Below, in pieces: positions 1 to 8,896 of a stretch of 56,380 nucleotides of DNA. This DNA is from a virus. Its lineage: Duplodnaviria; Caudoviricetes. The stretch is from IMG/VR virus record IMGVR_UViG_3300027708_000088, positions 1 through 56,380 of that record. The stretch is one strand, 5' to 3'. The translations under genes were made by a program, and so were the position numbers. The notes below the pieces were generated by a model. It ran no database searches, was not told where the DNA came from, and worked only from the letters and a program-made list of their open reading frames with translations. Positions within the stretch are counted from its first letter, which is position 1. Each line of letters opens with the position of its first letter.

Positions 1-258
1 GGTCTTCTTGCGACGATACCAGTTTTTGCGAAATTGTGCCCTCTGCCTGCGGAAACACACTCATGTGATCCGCGGAAGGGCCAAAAGTGCTGGTAGGGGT
101 GTTTTTGCGCCGCGTATTTGCTGGCCGCGTTCCGATCATTGAGTGACTCCGATCTCCGCTAACCCGACGTGTGTGAACCCGGCGGGGGAGACAGGAGCTA
201 ACTGAGCAAGACCCCGCCGGGGTACAGCGATTTTATCAGATGTTGAGAGGTTTTCATT

Positions 259-714
259 GTGGACGATGACCAGCAGTATTACCTGGGCCTGCGGAGTGCT
301 TTTGCCTCTGAGTATGCGTTTCTGATTAAGGCGCAGCGGTTCCATTGGAATGTTGAGGGCCGGCATTTCTACAGTGATCACGGCTTGTTCCAAACCATCT
401 ATGAGGAGGTTCAGGAGATCATTGATGATTTCGCTGAGAATCTTCGTAAGCTCCAGTTGTTTGCGCCGGCCAGCTTGGGCGAGTTGAGCATGTTGAGCAT
501 GATCTCGGATGCCAGTGACGGTTTGGTGGCTGAGGAGATGCTCCAGGTTCTTTTGGATGACAGCGACAAGATGGTGAGTATTTTCCGCATGATGTTTGAG
601 ATTGCGGAGGAGCATGGGGATCACGGGTTGTCTAATTTCTTGGCTGATCGCCAGGACGCGCATGCGAAGCATTCTTGGATGTTGCGGTCGAGTTTGAAGG
701 TGCTTAGTGGGTAG
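259..714 (+). CDS. dps: Dps/ferritin-like DNA-protection protein
   Basis: 151 aa; Dps signature FHWNVEG, second His (SDHGLF), IDDFAE ferroxidase residues, C-terminal KHSWML; GAGAGG RBS before GTG. Confidence 0.9.
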   Translation: MDDDQQYYLGLRSAFASEYAFLIKAQRFHWNVEGRHFYSDHGLFQTIYEEVQEIIDDFAENLRKLQLFAPASLGELSMLSMISDASDGLVAEEMLQVLLDDSDKMVSIFRMMFEIAEEHGDHGLSNFLADRQDAHAKHSWMLRSSLKVLSG

Positions 715-1201
715 GCGTGGCCCGAAACCGGGGCCAAACCATCTGAAAGTGATCGCAGGGGTGGCTGAATCGCGTCTAAACCGGGACGAGCCTGTTCCTT
801 CTAAGGCGGCGGCTAGTTTGGCACCGGATTCGATGTCGGAGGGCGCTCGGAAGGTGTGGGATCGCCTCGCTCCCGATCTGGTCGATAAGGGCATGCTCAC
901 TGAGTGGGATGTGGATACGTTTGTTGTGTTTTGCGAGGCTGTGGCTACTTACCATGAGTGTCGGAAGATGCTGGAGGAGTCTCCTTCTGAGCATGGGAAG
1001 TATTTGGAGCGTGGTTCGGCCGGCGGTCTGATTAAAAGCCCGTATTGGCAGATTATGCGTGATTGTTCGTCGGTGATGGCTCAGTTTTCGTCGCGGTTTG
1101 GGATGACGCCTGGTGATCGGGCAAGTTTGAAGGCTGGCGTGGAGTTGGGTGGTTCGGATTCGGGTGGGCCTTCGCGTGGCGCTGAGAGGATTTTATCGTG
1201 A
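707..1201 (+). CDS. terS: Terminase small subunit (P27 family)
   Basis: MGRRGPKP start, ARKVWDRLAP.L, C-terminal FGMTPGDR motif. Confidence 0.9.
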   Translation: MGRRGPKPGPNHLKVIAGVAESRLNRDEPVPSKAAASLAPDSMSEGARKVWDRLAPDLVDKGMLTEWDVDTFVVFCEAVATYHECRKMLEESPSEHGKYLERGSAGGLIKSPYWQIMRDCSSVMAQFSSRFGMTPGDRASLKAGVELGGSDSGGPSRGAERILS

Positions 1202-1521
1202 CTTATGTGTGTGCGCCGCCGGCTGAGCGGGTGATTCCGGTGACGCGCGGGTGTGATCGGTCTTTTACGATTCAGCGCCTGAATTCTGGCGGCTCGGCGG
1301 TTAGTTTCGATGCGGGTTCGTCTGTCTATATGTGGATTGATATTGATCGTGCTGCGCCGACGCGGGTGGATGCTGTTGTGTCGGGGTCTAATGCTGCTTT
1401 TGTGTTGGATTATGCGGTGTGTGATTTGGTTCGGACCGGTACTCGTTGGCGCATTGTGTTGAAGGTTGGTTCTTCTGAGCTTGCGTTGTTGGTGGGACGG
1501 TTTGAGAGGTATGACGGCTGA
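1198..1521 (+). CDS. Small beta-rich virion protein (LtfC/gp6-like)
   Basis: 107 aa beta-strand pattern ending GRFERYDG; GTGA overlap with terS; precedes fibre-like gene. Confidence 0.5.
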   Translation: MTYVCAPPAERVIPVTRGCDRSFTIQRLNSGGSAVSFDAGSSVYMWIDIDRAAPTRVDAVVSGSNAAFVLDYAVCDLVRTGTRWRIVLKVGSSELALLVGRFERYDG

Positions 1522-4500
1522 TGGGTGATCAGAATTTTGTGATTAGTCAGGGTGATTTCATTTCGGTTGTGGTGTCTGATCCTGTTCCGGTTTCTGTGTC
1601 GGTGGCTGATCCGGTTTCGGTGGGGTTTGTTGGTTTGTTGGGGCCGACCGGGGCCACTGGTGCGAAGGGTGACACGGGCGCGGTTGGCCCTGCTGGCACT
1701 ACGTTATGGAGTGGCTTGAGTGGTGTTCCTGCTGCGTTAGTTGCTGGGTCGAATGTTGCTAATGGTTATGCCGGCCTCGACAGTGCTGGTTTGGTTCCTG
1801 CCGGGGTGTTGCCGTCGTATGTCGATGACGTGCTGGAGTACGCCAACTTTGCGGGTTTCCCGTCGCCGGGTGAGATTGGCAAGATTTATGTCGATAAGGC
1901 GACGGGGAAGATTCATCGTTGGACTGGCAGTGTGTATGTCGAGATCAGCCCTAGTCCTGGTTCTACAGATTCGGTGGCTGAGGGCAGCACTAACTTGTAT
2001 TACACAAATGCTAGGGCTTCTGCTGCGGCCCCGGTGCAGTCTGTTGCGGGGCGTACTGGCGCGGTGGTTGTGGCTAAGGCTGATGTGGGCTTGGGCAATG
2101 TGGATAACACGTCGGATGCGTCTAAGGATGCTGCTGCGACGGCGCTGGCGAATAAAACGTCAATCACGTCTACGGGTGCGGTGACTGGTTCGACGTTAGT
2201 TTCAACGGTGGCGCAGGGTACTGCCCCTCTGACGGTCACTTCTACGACGGTTGTGCCTAACTTGAATGCGACTGCGGTAGGCGGTTTGGTTCCTACCATT
2301 TCTGCTACTGCTTACGCTATCGGTGCGCGGGATGCTAGTGCGAACCTGACGGCTAATGCTTTCACGTCTACTGTGGCGACTGGTACGGCACCTATGACTG
2401 TCGCATCGACTACTCGCGTCAACAATCTCAACGCTACCTATCTCAGCGGTAATGGTGCAGACGTGTCTGGTACAGCCATATATAGCGTCCCGACGCGAGA
2501 TGGTAACGCTAACGTCGCTGCTCGCAGTTTCATTTCAGGTTTCACTAGCACGGTGACATCTGCTACAGCCGTTACGCTTACTTCCAGTAACGCGACTACG
2601 GGGAACGCTATTCAGGAGTTCACCGGGAGTACGGCTCAGACTGTTAATCTTCCAAGTGCAAGTGTTGTTGCAGGTCAGAAATACTTGATCCTCAATAACA
2701 GCACTGCTGCTGTGACCATACAATCTTCTTCTGCTGCGACGGTTTTAACTTTAGTCGCTGGGGCAACAGCCGAATTGACCGCGCTAGTCGCTACTCCTAC
2801 TACGGCTGCAAACTGGAAAGTAGCAAACGGTGAAGCGTCGAGGCTTAATGGGCTAACTGATACAGCCGCGTCGACGGCCAATACGATTGCGCGGCGGGAC
2901 GGCAACTCGCTTCTTTTCGCAAAAAACTTTGTTCCGCAGTTTTTAACCACGGCAACAGCCGCAGGTACTACTACTCTGCTGGTTAATAGTAATCCAATTC
3001 AGGAGTTCACCGGCACGTTAGCGCAGACTGTTGTTCTGCCAACTACGTCGGTATCGTCTGGGCAGACGTACACGATTATAAATAACAGTACGGGTTTGGT
3101 GACGGTTCAGTCTTCTGCTGCTGCAACAATCGTGATTCTTGCCGCTGGCACTCAGGCAATGTTTACTGCTTTATCTAATAACCCGACTACTGCGGCGCAT
3201 TGGAAGAGCAGTTATGCGGTTGATCCGGTGGCAGCGCAAACGCTCAGCAACAAAGTTTTAACTACCCCAACCCTTTCGGGCGGGTATGCCACCGTAGCTT
3301 ACGGCGCAGGTCTGACCTACTACAACACCCAAGATCAAACCACCAACACCGAATATGTCGGCACTGGGTTCACTGGAAATACCTGGGTGTTTAACTCACA
3401 GGCCACGGGGACTGGGACGCGCCGTGCGCTCCAATTCCAATCCGGTGCATCACTGTTTGTTGACGCTTTTAACTCTACCAGTGGGACGGTGAGGGTAACT
3501 AATACTACCTCTGGTGTGGGAGTTGCAGCGTTCGGTGTTGCATCTACTTACACCAACTCGTCGGGCCTGACCTATAGCGTGTTGCTGAATCCGACAATGA
3601 GCCAAACGGGCACGGGCGGCTACACAGCATTGTTGATTAACCCTACTGAAACGTCCAACACGGGTACTGGGTCTAAGTTGCTGATTGATGCCCAGTTGGC
3701 GGGTTCATCTAAGTTCAGTGTCTCTAATGCTGGCACCGTATCGGTCGGTGGCACAATTGAGCTTGGTCATGCGAGCGATACCACTTTGTCTCGTTCGGCG
3801 GCGGGTGCGCTTGCCGTCGAGGGCAACGTAGTGGAAACGCAAAACTTCAAGAACGTGGCTAACGGGTATTGTGGCTTGGACGCCAATGGCACCGTGGCTG
3901 CTAACCAACTGCCGTCCTATGTAGATGACGTTCTTGAATACGCGAACCTAGCTGGGTTTCCAGCGACGGGCACTGCCGGCAAAATCTTTGTCGCTATCGA
4001 CACAGGCAAGGTGTACCGCTGGTCTGGAACTGTTTACATTGAAATCAGTCCCAGTCCCGGTAGCACTGACGGTGTTACGGAGGGTTCGACAAATCTGTAT
4101 CACACCACTGCGCGTGCTGCTGCTGCGGCTCCGGTGCAGTCGGTGGCCGGTAAGACTGGAACCGTTTCACTGGTCAAGGCTGATGTTGGCTTAGGGAGCG
4201 TCGATAACACGTCTGACGCCGACAAGCCTGTTTCCACCGCTACTAGCACTGCTCTATCAGGTAAAGAGCCTACGATTACGGCAGGCACTACGGCCCAGTA
4301 TTATCGCGGCGATAAATCTTTTCAAACCCTTGATAAGACGGCTGTCGGATTGGGCAGCGTAGATAACACTGCCGATTCTTCCAAGGCTGTTTTGTCTGCA
4401 ACTAAGCTGGCTACAGCTAGGTCTATTAACGGTGTGTCTTTCGATGGCACGGCTGACATTGTGGTGTCTAAGCCGCGTGTAGGAACCACAACATCTAATA

Positions 4501-4790
4501 CGGCAATCTCTATAGATTCCGCTCTCTACGATCAATTCAATGTTTTGGCTCTTGCAGCTAATACCACGATCACGATTACTGGTACGCCTAATGATGGTCA
4601 AAAGTTGCTAGTTCGTATTAAGTCTGCCGCTGTTCAGACTTTGACGTTTGATAGTGCAAAGTTCCAATCTTCGGGTGTAGCTGTGCTGCCGGCTCAGACG
4701 GTTGCGGGGAAGACTCATCTTGTTGGTTTCATTTATGACAGTGCGGTAGGCAAGTTTGTGTGTGTGGCCTCTGATAGTTCGGGGTACTAA
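1521..4790 (+). CDS. Large fibre-like virion protein with duplicated modules
   Basis: 1089 aa, T/A/S/G-rich; short collagen G-x-y stretch; KADVGLGNVDNTSDA and ATKLATARSINGVSFDG fibre motifs. Confidence 0.75.
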   Translation: MGDQNFVISQGDFISVVVSDPVPVSVSVADPVSVGFVGLLGPTGATGAKGDTGAVGPAGTTLWSGLSGVPAALVAGSNVANGYAGLDSAGLVPAGVLPSYVDDVLEYANFAGFPSPGEIGKIYVDKATGKIHRWTGSVYVEISPSPGSTDSVAEGSTNLYYTNARASAAAPVQSVAGRTGAVVVAKADVGLGNVDNTSDASKDAAATALANKTSITSTGAVTGSTLVSTVAQGTAPLTVTSTTVVPNLNATAVGGLVPTISATAYAIGARDASANLTANAFTSTVATGTAPMTVASTTRVNNLNATYLSGNGADVSGTAIYSVPTRDGNANVAARSFISGFTSTVTSATAVTLTSSNATTGNAIQEFTGSTAQTVNLPSASVVAGQKYLILNNSTAAVTIQSSSAATVLTLVAGATAELTALVATPTTAANWKVANGEASRLNGLTDTAASTANTIARRDGNSLLFAKNFVPQFLTTATAAGTTTLLVNSNPIQEFTGTLAQTVVLPTTSVSSGQTYTIINNSTGLVTVQSSAAATIVILAAGTQAMFTALSNNPTTAAHWKSSYAVDPVAAQTLSNKVLTTPTLSGGYATVAYGAGLTYYNTQDQTTNTEYVGTGFTGNTWVFNSQATGTGTRRALQFQSGASLFVDAFNSTSGTVRVTNTTSGVGVAAFGVASTYTNSSGLTYSVLLNPTMSQTGTGGYTALLINPTETSNTGTGSKLLIDAQLAGSSKFSVSNAGTVSVGGTIELGHASDTTLSRSAAGALAVEGNVVETQNFKNVANGYCGLDANGTVAANQLPSYVDDVLEYANLAGFPATGTAGKIFVAIDTGKVYRWSGTVYIEISPSPGSTDGVTEGSTNLYHTTARAAAAAPVQSVAGKTGTVSLVKADVGLGSVDNTSDADKPVSTATSTALSGKEPTITAGTTAQYYRGDKSFQTLDKTAVGLGSVDNTADSSKAVLSATKLATARSINGVSFDGTADIVVSKPRVGTTTSNTAISIDSALYDQFNVLALAANTTITITGTPNDGQKLLVRIKSAAVQTLTFDSAKFQSSGVAVLPAQTVAGKTHLVGFIYDSAVGKFVCVASDSSGY
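1752..4220 (+). repeat. Intragenic duplicated module, copies at about 1752-2120 and 3852-4220 (2100 nt apart)
   Basis: NVANGY.GLD..G.V....LPSYVDDVLEYAN.AGFP...EISPSPGSTD.V.EGSTNLY...APVQSVAG.TG...KADVGLG.VDNTSDA in both copies; a second module (IQEFTG..AQTV.LP) repeats at 2610 and 2997. Confidence 0.9.
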
Positions 4791-5363
4791 ATGCCTAGTG
4801 AACTTACAACGGTTTCTACGGCTGGGGCGTATACCTATTCCATTCCCGATTGGGCGCTATACATTGACGTTGTAGTTCTCGGCGGCGGCAAGGGTGGTCG
4901 AAGTGGCGGCACACTGCTACGGAATGGTGGTGGCGGCGGCAAGGGGTCTTACGGTTCTGCCACGCTGACTCGCGGCGTAAATGTTGGGTTCGGTGTCACG
5001 TCTATTACTGGGATTGTGGGTTCTGGTAGTGCCGGCGGCACAGGTGGAAACCTCAATGCTTCTGCTAGCGGAACTTCATCGACAGCTATTGCTACTGGCT
5101 GGGCCGGAATTAGCGGGGCGGGTGGCACTGCCGATTTCTCTGGCACCAGTAATGACGGGGAAGCTGCCGGGAATTTGATCTTTAATGGACAAACCTATGT
5201 TGGCGGTGCCGCCGCGACAACTTTAGGTCAGGCCGGTAACGCTCCTGGTGGTGGTGGCGCTGGCGGTCAATTCGGCAATAACAACGGCGGTGCAGGCGGC
5301 GTCGGGCGGGTTTGGATTCTTGCCTACGGTGATCGGCCTAACCAGTTTTTCCAAATGTTCTAA
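4791..5363 (+). CDS. Glycine-rich virion protein, paralog of the C-terminal domain of 27871..29307
   Basis: YTYSIPDWA..IDVVVLGGGKGG motif; DNA-level similarity to 28800-29300. Confidence 0.75.
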   Translation: MPSELTTVSTAGAYTYSIPDWALYIDVVVLGGGKGGRSGGTLLRNGGGGGKGSYGSATLTRGVNVGFGVTSITGIVGSGSAGGTGGNLNASASGTSSTAIATGWAGISGAGGTADFSGTSNDGEAAGNLIFNGQTYVGGAAATTLGQAGNAPGGGGAGGQFGNNNGGAGGVGRVWILAYGDRPNQFFQMF

Positions 5364-5469
5364 CGGCTACCTGCCGTAACTGACTTGTCTGAAACAATTT
5401 TTGGCGGTACTACCGGCCTTGGTCAGGAAGCTATGTCTTAATTGGCGCATACGAGGCGAGGAGAGGGGT

Positions 5470-7134
5470 GTGCTTGTGGAGGTTTGCGGGTACACCTTTG
5501 ATAACGTCGAGTGCGCCGGCAAGGGCGATCATCTGTGCGTTCCCCGCGCGGATCACGCCCAGGCGTTCTTTGAGGAATGTTTGGTGCATACGAAGGGTAA
5601 GTATGCGCGGCGTAAGTTTGTGTTGGCTGATTGGCAGCGCGAAGAGATCATTCGCCCGTTGTTTGGCACGGTTCGGTGGTCTGAAGAGTCTGACGAATAC
5701 AAACGGGCTTTTGAAGTGTGCTGGATAGAGTTGGCTCGCAAGAATGGCAAGAGTGAGCTTTTGGCTGGCATCATGCTTTATCTGCTTGTTGCGGACAATG
5801 AGGAATCTGCGGAGATTTACGGTGTGGCCCGTGATCGTAACCAGGCTTCGCTGGCGTTTGATGTGGCGGCGCAAATGGTTCGGTTCTCGCCGGCCCTAGC
5901 GAAACGGTTGAAGGTTACTGACTATAAGAAGCGAATCTATGACACTAAGACCAATTCTTTTTATTCGGTGATTGCGGCTGATGCTCAAAGTGCTTTGGGT
6001 TCCAACCCGTCTGGTGTTGGTGCCGACGAAATCTTGGCTTGGCGTGGCCGCGAGATGTGGGATTCCCTTCGCACTGGTATGGGTTCTGGTGCGCGGCGAC
6101 AACCGATGATGGTTGCTTGCACCACTGCGGGTAACGATATGGAGGGTTTCGCCGGCCAAATGCACCAGGAGATGCAGCGGATCGCTGACGATCCTGCGCG
6201 CTCACCGCACACCTTTGTGTACCTGCGAAATACCCCTATGGACGCAGACCCTTTTGATGAGAGTCACTGGTCACACGCGAACCCTGCTTTGGGCGATTTC
6301 CTTCGCGTTGAGGCAATGCGCGAACAGGCTCTTGAGGCCCGTAACAACCCTTTGGCCGAGATGGGTTTTAGGCAGTTCCGTTTGAATCAGTGGCAGGTTT
6401 CGACGGTTCGGTGGATGCGTATGGATTTGTGGGATCAGTCGGCCGGCACGATCTTTAAGTCGAACCGTGATGCTTTGGATGCGTTCGCTGGCCGCGAATG
6501 CTGGTTCGGCTTGGACTTGGCTGCCCGTATGGACTTGACCTCTCTGTGCTACTTGTTCCCCAACGGCGACGGTTCAGTTGATGTGGTGTGGCGGCATTGG
6601 GCACCCGAGGCGGCTGTGGCGAAGCTCGACAAGCTGACTAACGGGAAAGCCACCCAGTTCGTCAAGGATGGCTGGTTGACGGTCACTGAGGGCGACGTAC
6701 TGGATTTCCAGCGGGTGTATGCCGACATTGCTAAAGACGCTCAACGGTTTGTGTTTTTGGGCGGTGACGCGGACCAGTGGTCAAGTGATCCGGTGATTCA
6801 GGAGATTGAGTCTCGGACGTATGTAAGTGAGATTTTTGCGTACAAGAATGATTTCTCGCATATGTCGGATGGCATGCACAGAATCTTTGAGATGGTTGTT
6901 GGCGGCAGGTTCCTGCATCACGGTAATCCTTTGGCGCGCTGGTGTTTTGATTCTTGCGAGGCCAGGGTGGCTAGTTATGACCCTAATTTGATTCGACCGG
7001 ACAAACCGGATCGCAATGTTGCGTCCAAGCGCATCGATGCCGTGCCTTCTGCGGTGATGGCCGTGAATGCTTGGGTTACTCGCGGTAGCGACCTTGAGTC
7101 GGTTTACGAAACCGAGGACATTCTGATCCTCTAA
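5470..7134 (+). CDS. terL: Terminase large subunit
   Basis: Walker A ARKNGKS, Walker B-like GADE, coupling TTAG, nuclease GLDLA and RIDAV; start placed at GTG 5470 (5476 possible) after GAGGAGAGGGG. Confidence 0.95.
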   Translation: MLVEVCGYTFDNVECAGKGDHLCVPRADHAQAFFEECLVHTKGKYARRKFVLADWQREEIIRPLFGTVRWSEESDEYKRAFEVCWIELARKNGKSELLAGIMLYLLVADNEESAEIYGVARDRNQASLAFDVAAQMVRFSPALAKRLKVTDYKKRIYDTKTNSFYSVIAADAQSALGSNPSGVGADEILAWRGREMWDSLRTGMGSGARRQPMMVACTTAGNDMEGFAGQMHQEMQRIADDPARSPHTFVYLRNTPMDADPFDESHWSHANPALGDFLRVEAMREQALEARNNPLAEMGFRQFRLNQWQVSTVRWMRMDLWDQSAGTIFKSNRDALDAFAGRECWFGLDLAARMDLTSLCYLFPNGDGSVDVVWRHWAPEAAVAKLDKLTNGKATQFVKDGWLTVTEGDVLDFQRVYADIAKDAQRFVFLGGDADQWSSDPVIQEIESRTYVSEIFAYKNDFSHMSDGMHRIFEMVVGGRFLHHGNPLARWCFDSCEARVASYDPNLIRPDKPDRNVASKRIDAVPSAVMAVNAWVTRGSDLESVYETEDILIL

Positions 7135-7143
7135 GGAAGGCTC

Positions 7144-7368
7144 ATGCGTAAAAAGGACTTATTGAAGGGCTATGTGGGTAGGAAGTTGCATGTAACTCCC
7201 ACTACTGGCCCCGCTTTTACTGGCGTGTTGACCGCTGTTGCCGATGCGAATCTTGCGTTTACGGATGTAGTGGTGGTGTCGAGCGGCGAGTCTGCCGCCG
7301 GCCATTTACTGATTGGACGGGACAACATTGCCTATCTACAGGTGTTGGTGACTGATGCTGCTAACTAA
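7144..7368 (+). CDS. Sm/LSm-fold putative RNA-binding protein
   Basis: 74 aa; Sm1-like LLKGYVGRKLHV...G.AFTGVL.AV.D.NL.F.D and Sm2-like GHLLIGRDNIAYL; AAGGAAGG RBS. Confidence 0.65.
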   Translation: MRKKDLLKGYVGRKLHVTPTTGPAFTGVLTAVADANLAFTDVVVVSSGESAAGHLLIGRDNIAYLQVLVTDAAN

Positions 7369-8896
7369 CGGCATTTCGGTTGCGCCGCAGGCTCTTGCGG
7401 AGTTGGCCCCACAGATTTCAAGTGCATACTACTACCCTGAGACTCTCGGTTTGGAGTTGGAGAAAAAGTTCGCCCTGTATGGGGAGATTTATTCTCAGCA
7501 GCCTTGGGTTCGGACTGTGATCGATAAGCGTGCGAACGCTGTTGCTCGGCTGCCTGTCCAGGTGTGGGACATTGACGGTGATACTCGCAAGATGGATTCC
7601 CGTTCGCAGTATTCGCGGTTGGTTGCGGACCCGTGCGAGTACATGGACAACTACAGTTTTTGGCAGTGGATTCAGACCACTATCGACATTTACGGCGAGA
7701 CTTACCTAGCGTTGGTCAAGGACGGCAATGGGATGCCGGTGTCGATGATGCCGATGCATCCGACGCGGGTGGCGGTGAAACGTAATCCGCAGGACGGCAA
7801 GTACGAGTATTTCTTCCAGGCCGGCAGCGGTATCGGCACTGAGCTTGTGCGGTTTCAGCAAGAGGATGTTGTTCCGTTTAAGTTGTTCAATCCTCGTAAA
7901 CTTGAGCGCGGCCTGTCGCGTTTGGAATCTTTGCGTTCGACGTTGTATTCGGAGGATTCCAGTCGCAACGCTACTGCGTCGATGTGGGCGAATTCTGGTC
8001 GGCCAAACATTGTGATGTCTACGGAGAAGAAGCTGGGGCCGGATGGCCGTAAACGTCTGATTGAGGCGTTCAATCAAGCTCACCAGGGTTCGGGGAACGC
8101 GGGTAAGACCCTTGTCCTTGAGGATGGGGTGTCGGCTACTCAGTTCCAGTTGACGGCTACGGATATGCAGTTCATTGAGGGCCGGAAGCTGAATCAGGTG
8201 GAGGTGTGTGGTGTTTTCGATATTGCGCCGACTCTGGTGGGCATTTTGGATCATGCCACCTACTCCAATGTCAGCGAGCAGATCCGAGGGTTTTACAGAG
8301 ACAGCATGAGTGGGCCTCTCCAGTTTGTGGAGTCGGTGTTTAACAAGCATGTGGGTTCGTATTGGCGGCGTAAGAACGAGATGCGTTTCGCTCTTGATGA
8401 GGTGCTGCGCGGCGATCCTGAGAAGCGCGGTGAGACTGTGCAGAAGGCTGTTAACTCTGGCGTGATGACGCCTAATGAGGGCCGCGATTTCATGGGTTTG
8501 AATCGGTCGGATAATCCTTTGGCCGATAGCTTGTTCGCTAACTCTGCGTTGCAGGAGTTGGGTAAGCCGTCTGAGAGGATCACGTTGGCTGGTCAGGTTT
8601 CGGGTGAAACGCCGGATCATGTGGCGGTTGTGCCGCCGGCTACTCCGGTCGCTTCTCACGATAATAGTCCTCCGACGATGATCCCTGCGGTGAAGCCGCC
8701 GAGGGCTTTGGCTGCGGTTGCGCCGTCGAAGCATTTACGGGCGATTAAGGGTGAACTTGGTCGAGGACGTTCGCAAGACGAAATTAAACGGTTCGCGTTG
8801 AGTTTGGCCGATAAGGCTAGTGACGCGCAGGAATTGATCGACATCTTGAGTGCTGTGGAGATGGCGCTCGGTGAGCATGCCAGGAAGGCTATGTAA
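7355..8896 (+). CDS. Portal protein (HK97 family)
   Basis: AVARLP, IYGETY, GLSRLE, GSGNAGKTLVLEDG, GVMTPNEGR motifs. Confidence 0.95.
   Translation: MLLTNGISVAPQALAELAPQISSAYYYPETLGLELEKKFALYGEIYSQQPWVRTVIDKRANAVARLPVQVWDIDGDTRKMDSRSQYSRLVADPCEYMDNYSFWQWIQTTIDIYGETYLALVKDGNGMPVSMMPMHPTRVAVKRNPQDGKYEYFFQAGSGIGTELVRFQQEDVVPFKLFNPRKLERGLSRLESLRSTLYSEDSSRNATASMWANSGRPNIVMSTEKKLGPDGRKRLIEAFNQAHQGSGNAGKTLVLEDGVSATQFQLTATDMQFIEGRKLNQVEVCGVFDIAPTLVGILDHATYSNVSEQIRGFYRDSMSGPLQFVESVFNKHVGSYWRRKNEMRFALDEVLRGDPEKRGETVQKAVNSGVMTPNEGRDFMGLNRSDNPLADSLFANSALQELGKPSERITLAGQVSGETPDHVAVVPPATPVASHDNSPPTMIPAVKPPRALAAVAPSKHLRAIKGELGRGRSQDEIKRFALSLADKASDAQELIDILSAVEMALGEHARKAM

Noticed and set aside
1-60. Defined genome terminus (cos overhang or terminal repeat)
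   Set aside because: No match seen between the two window ends, and the right end truncates an ORF, so termini cannot be called
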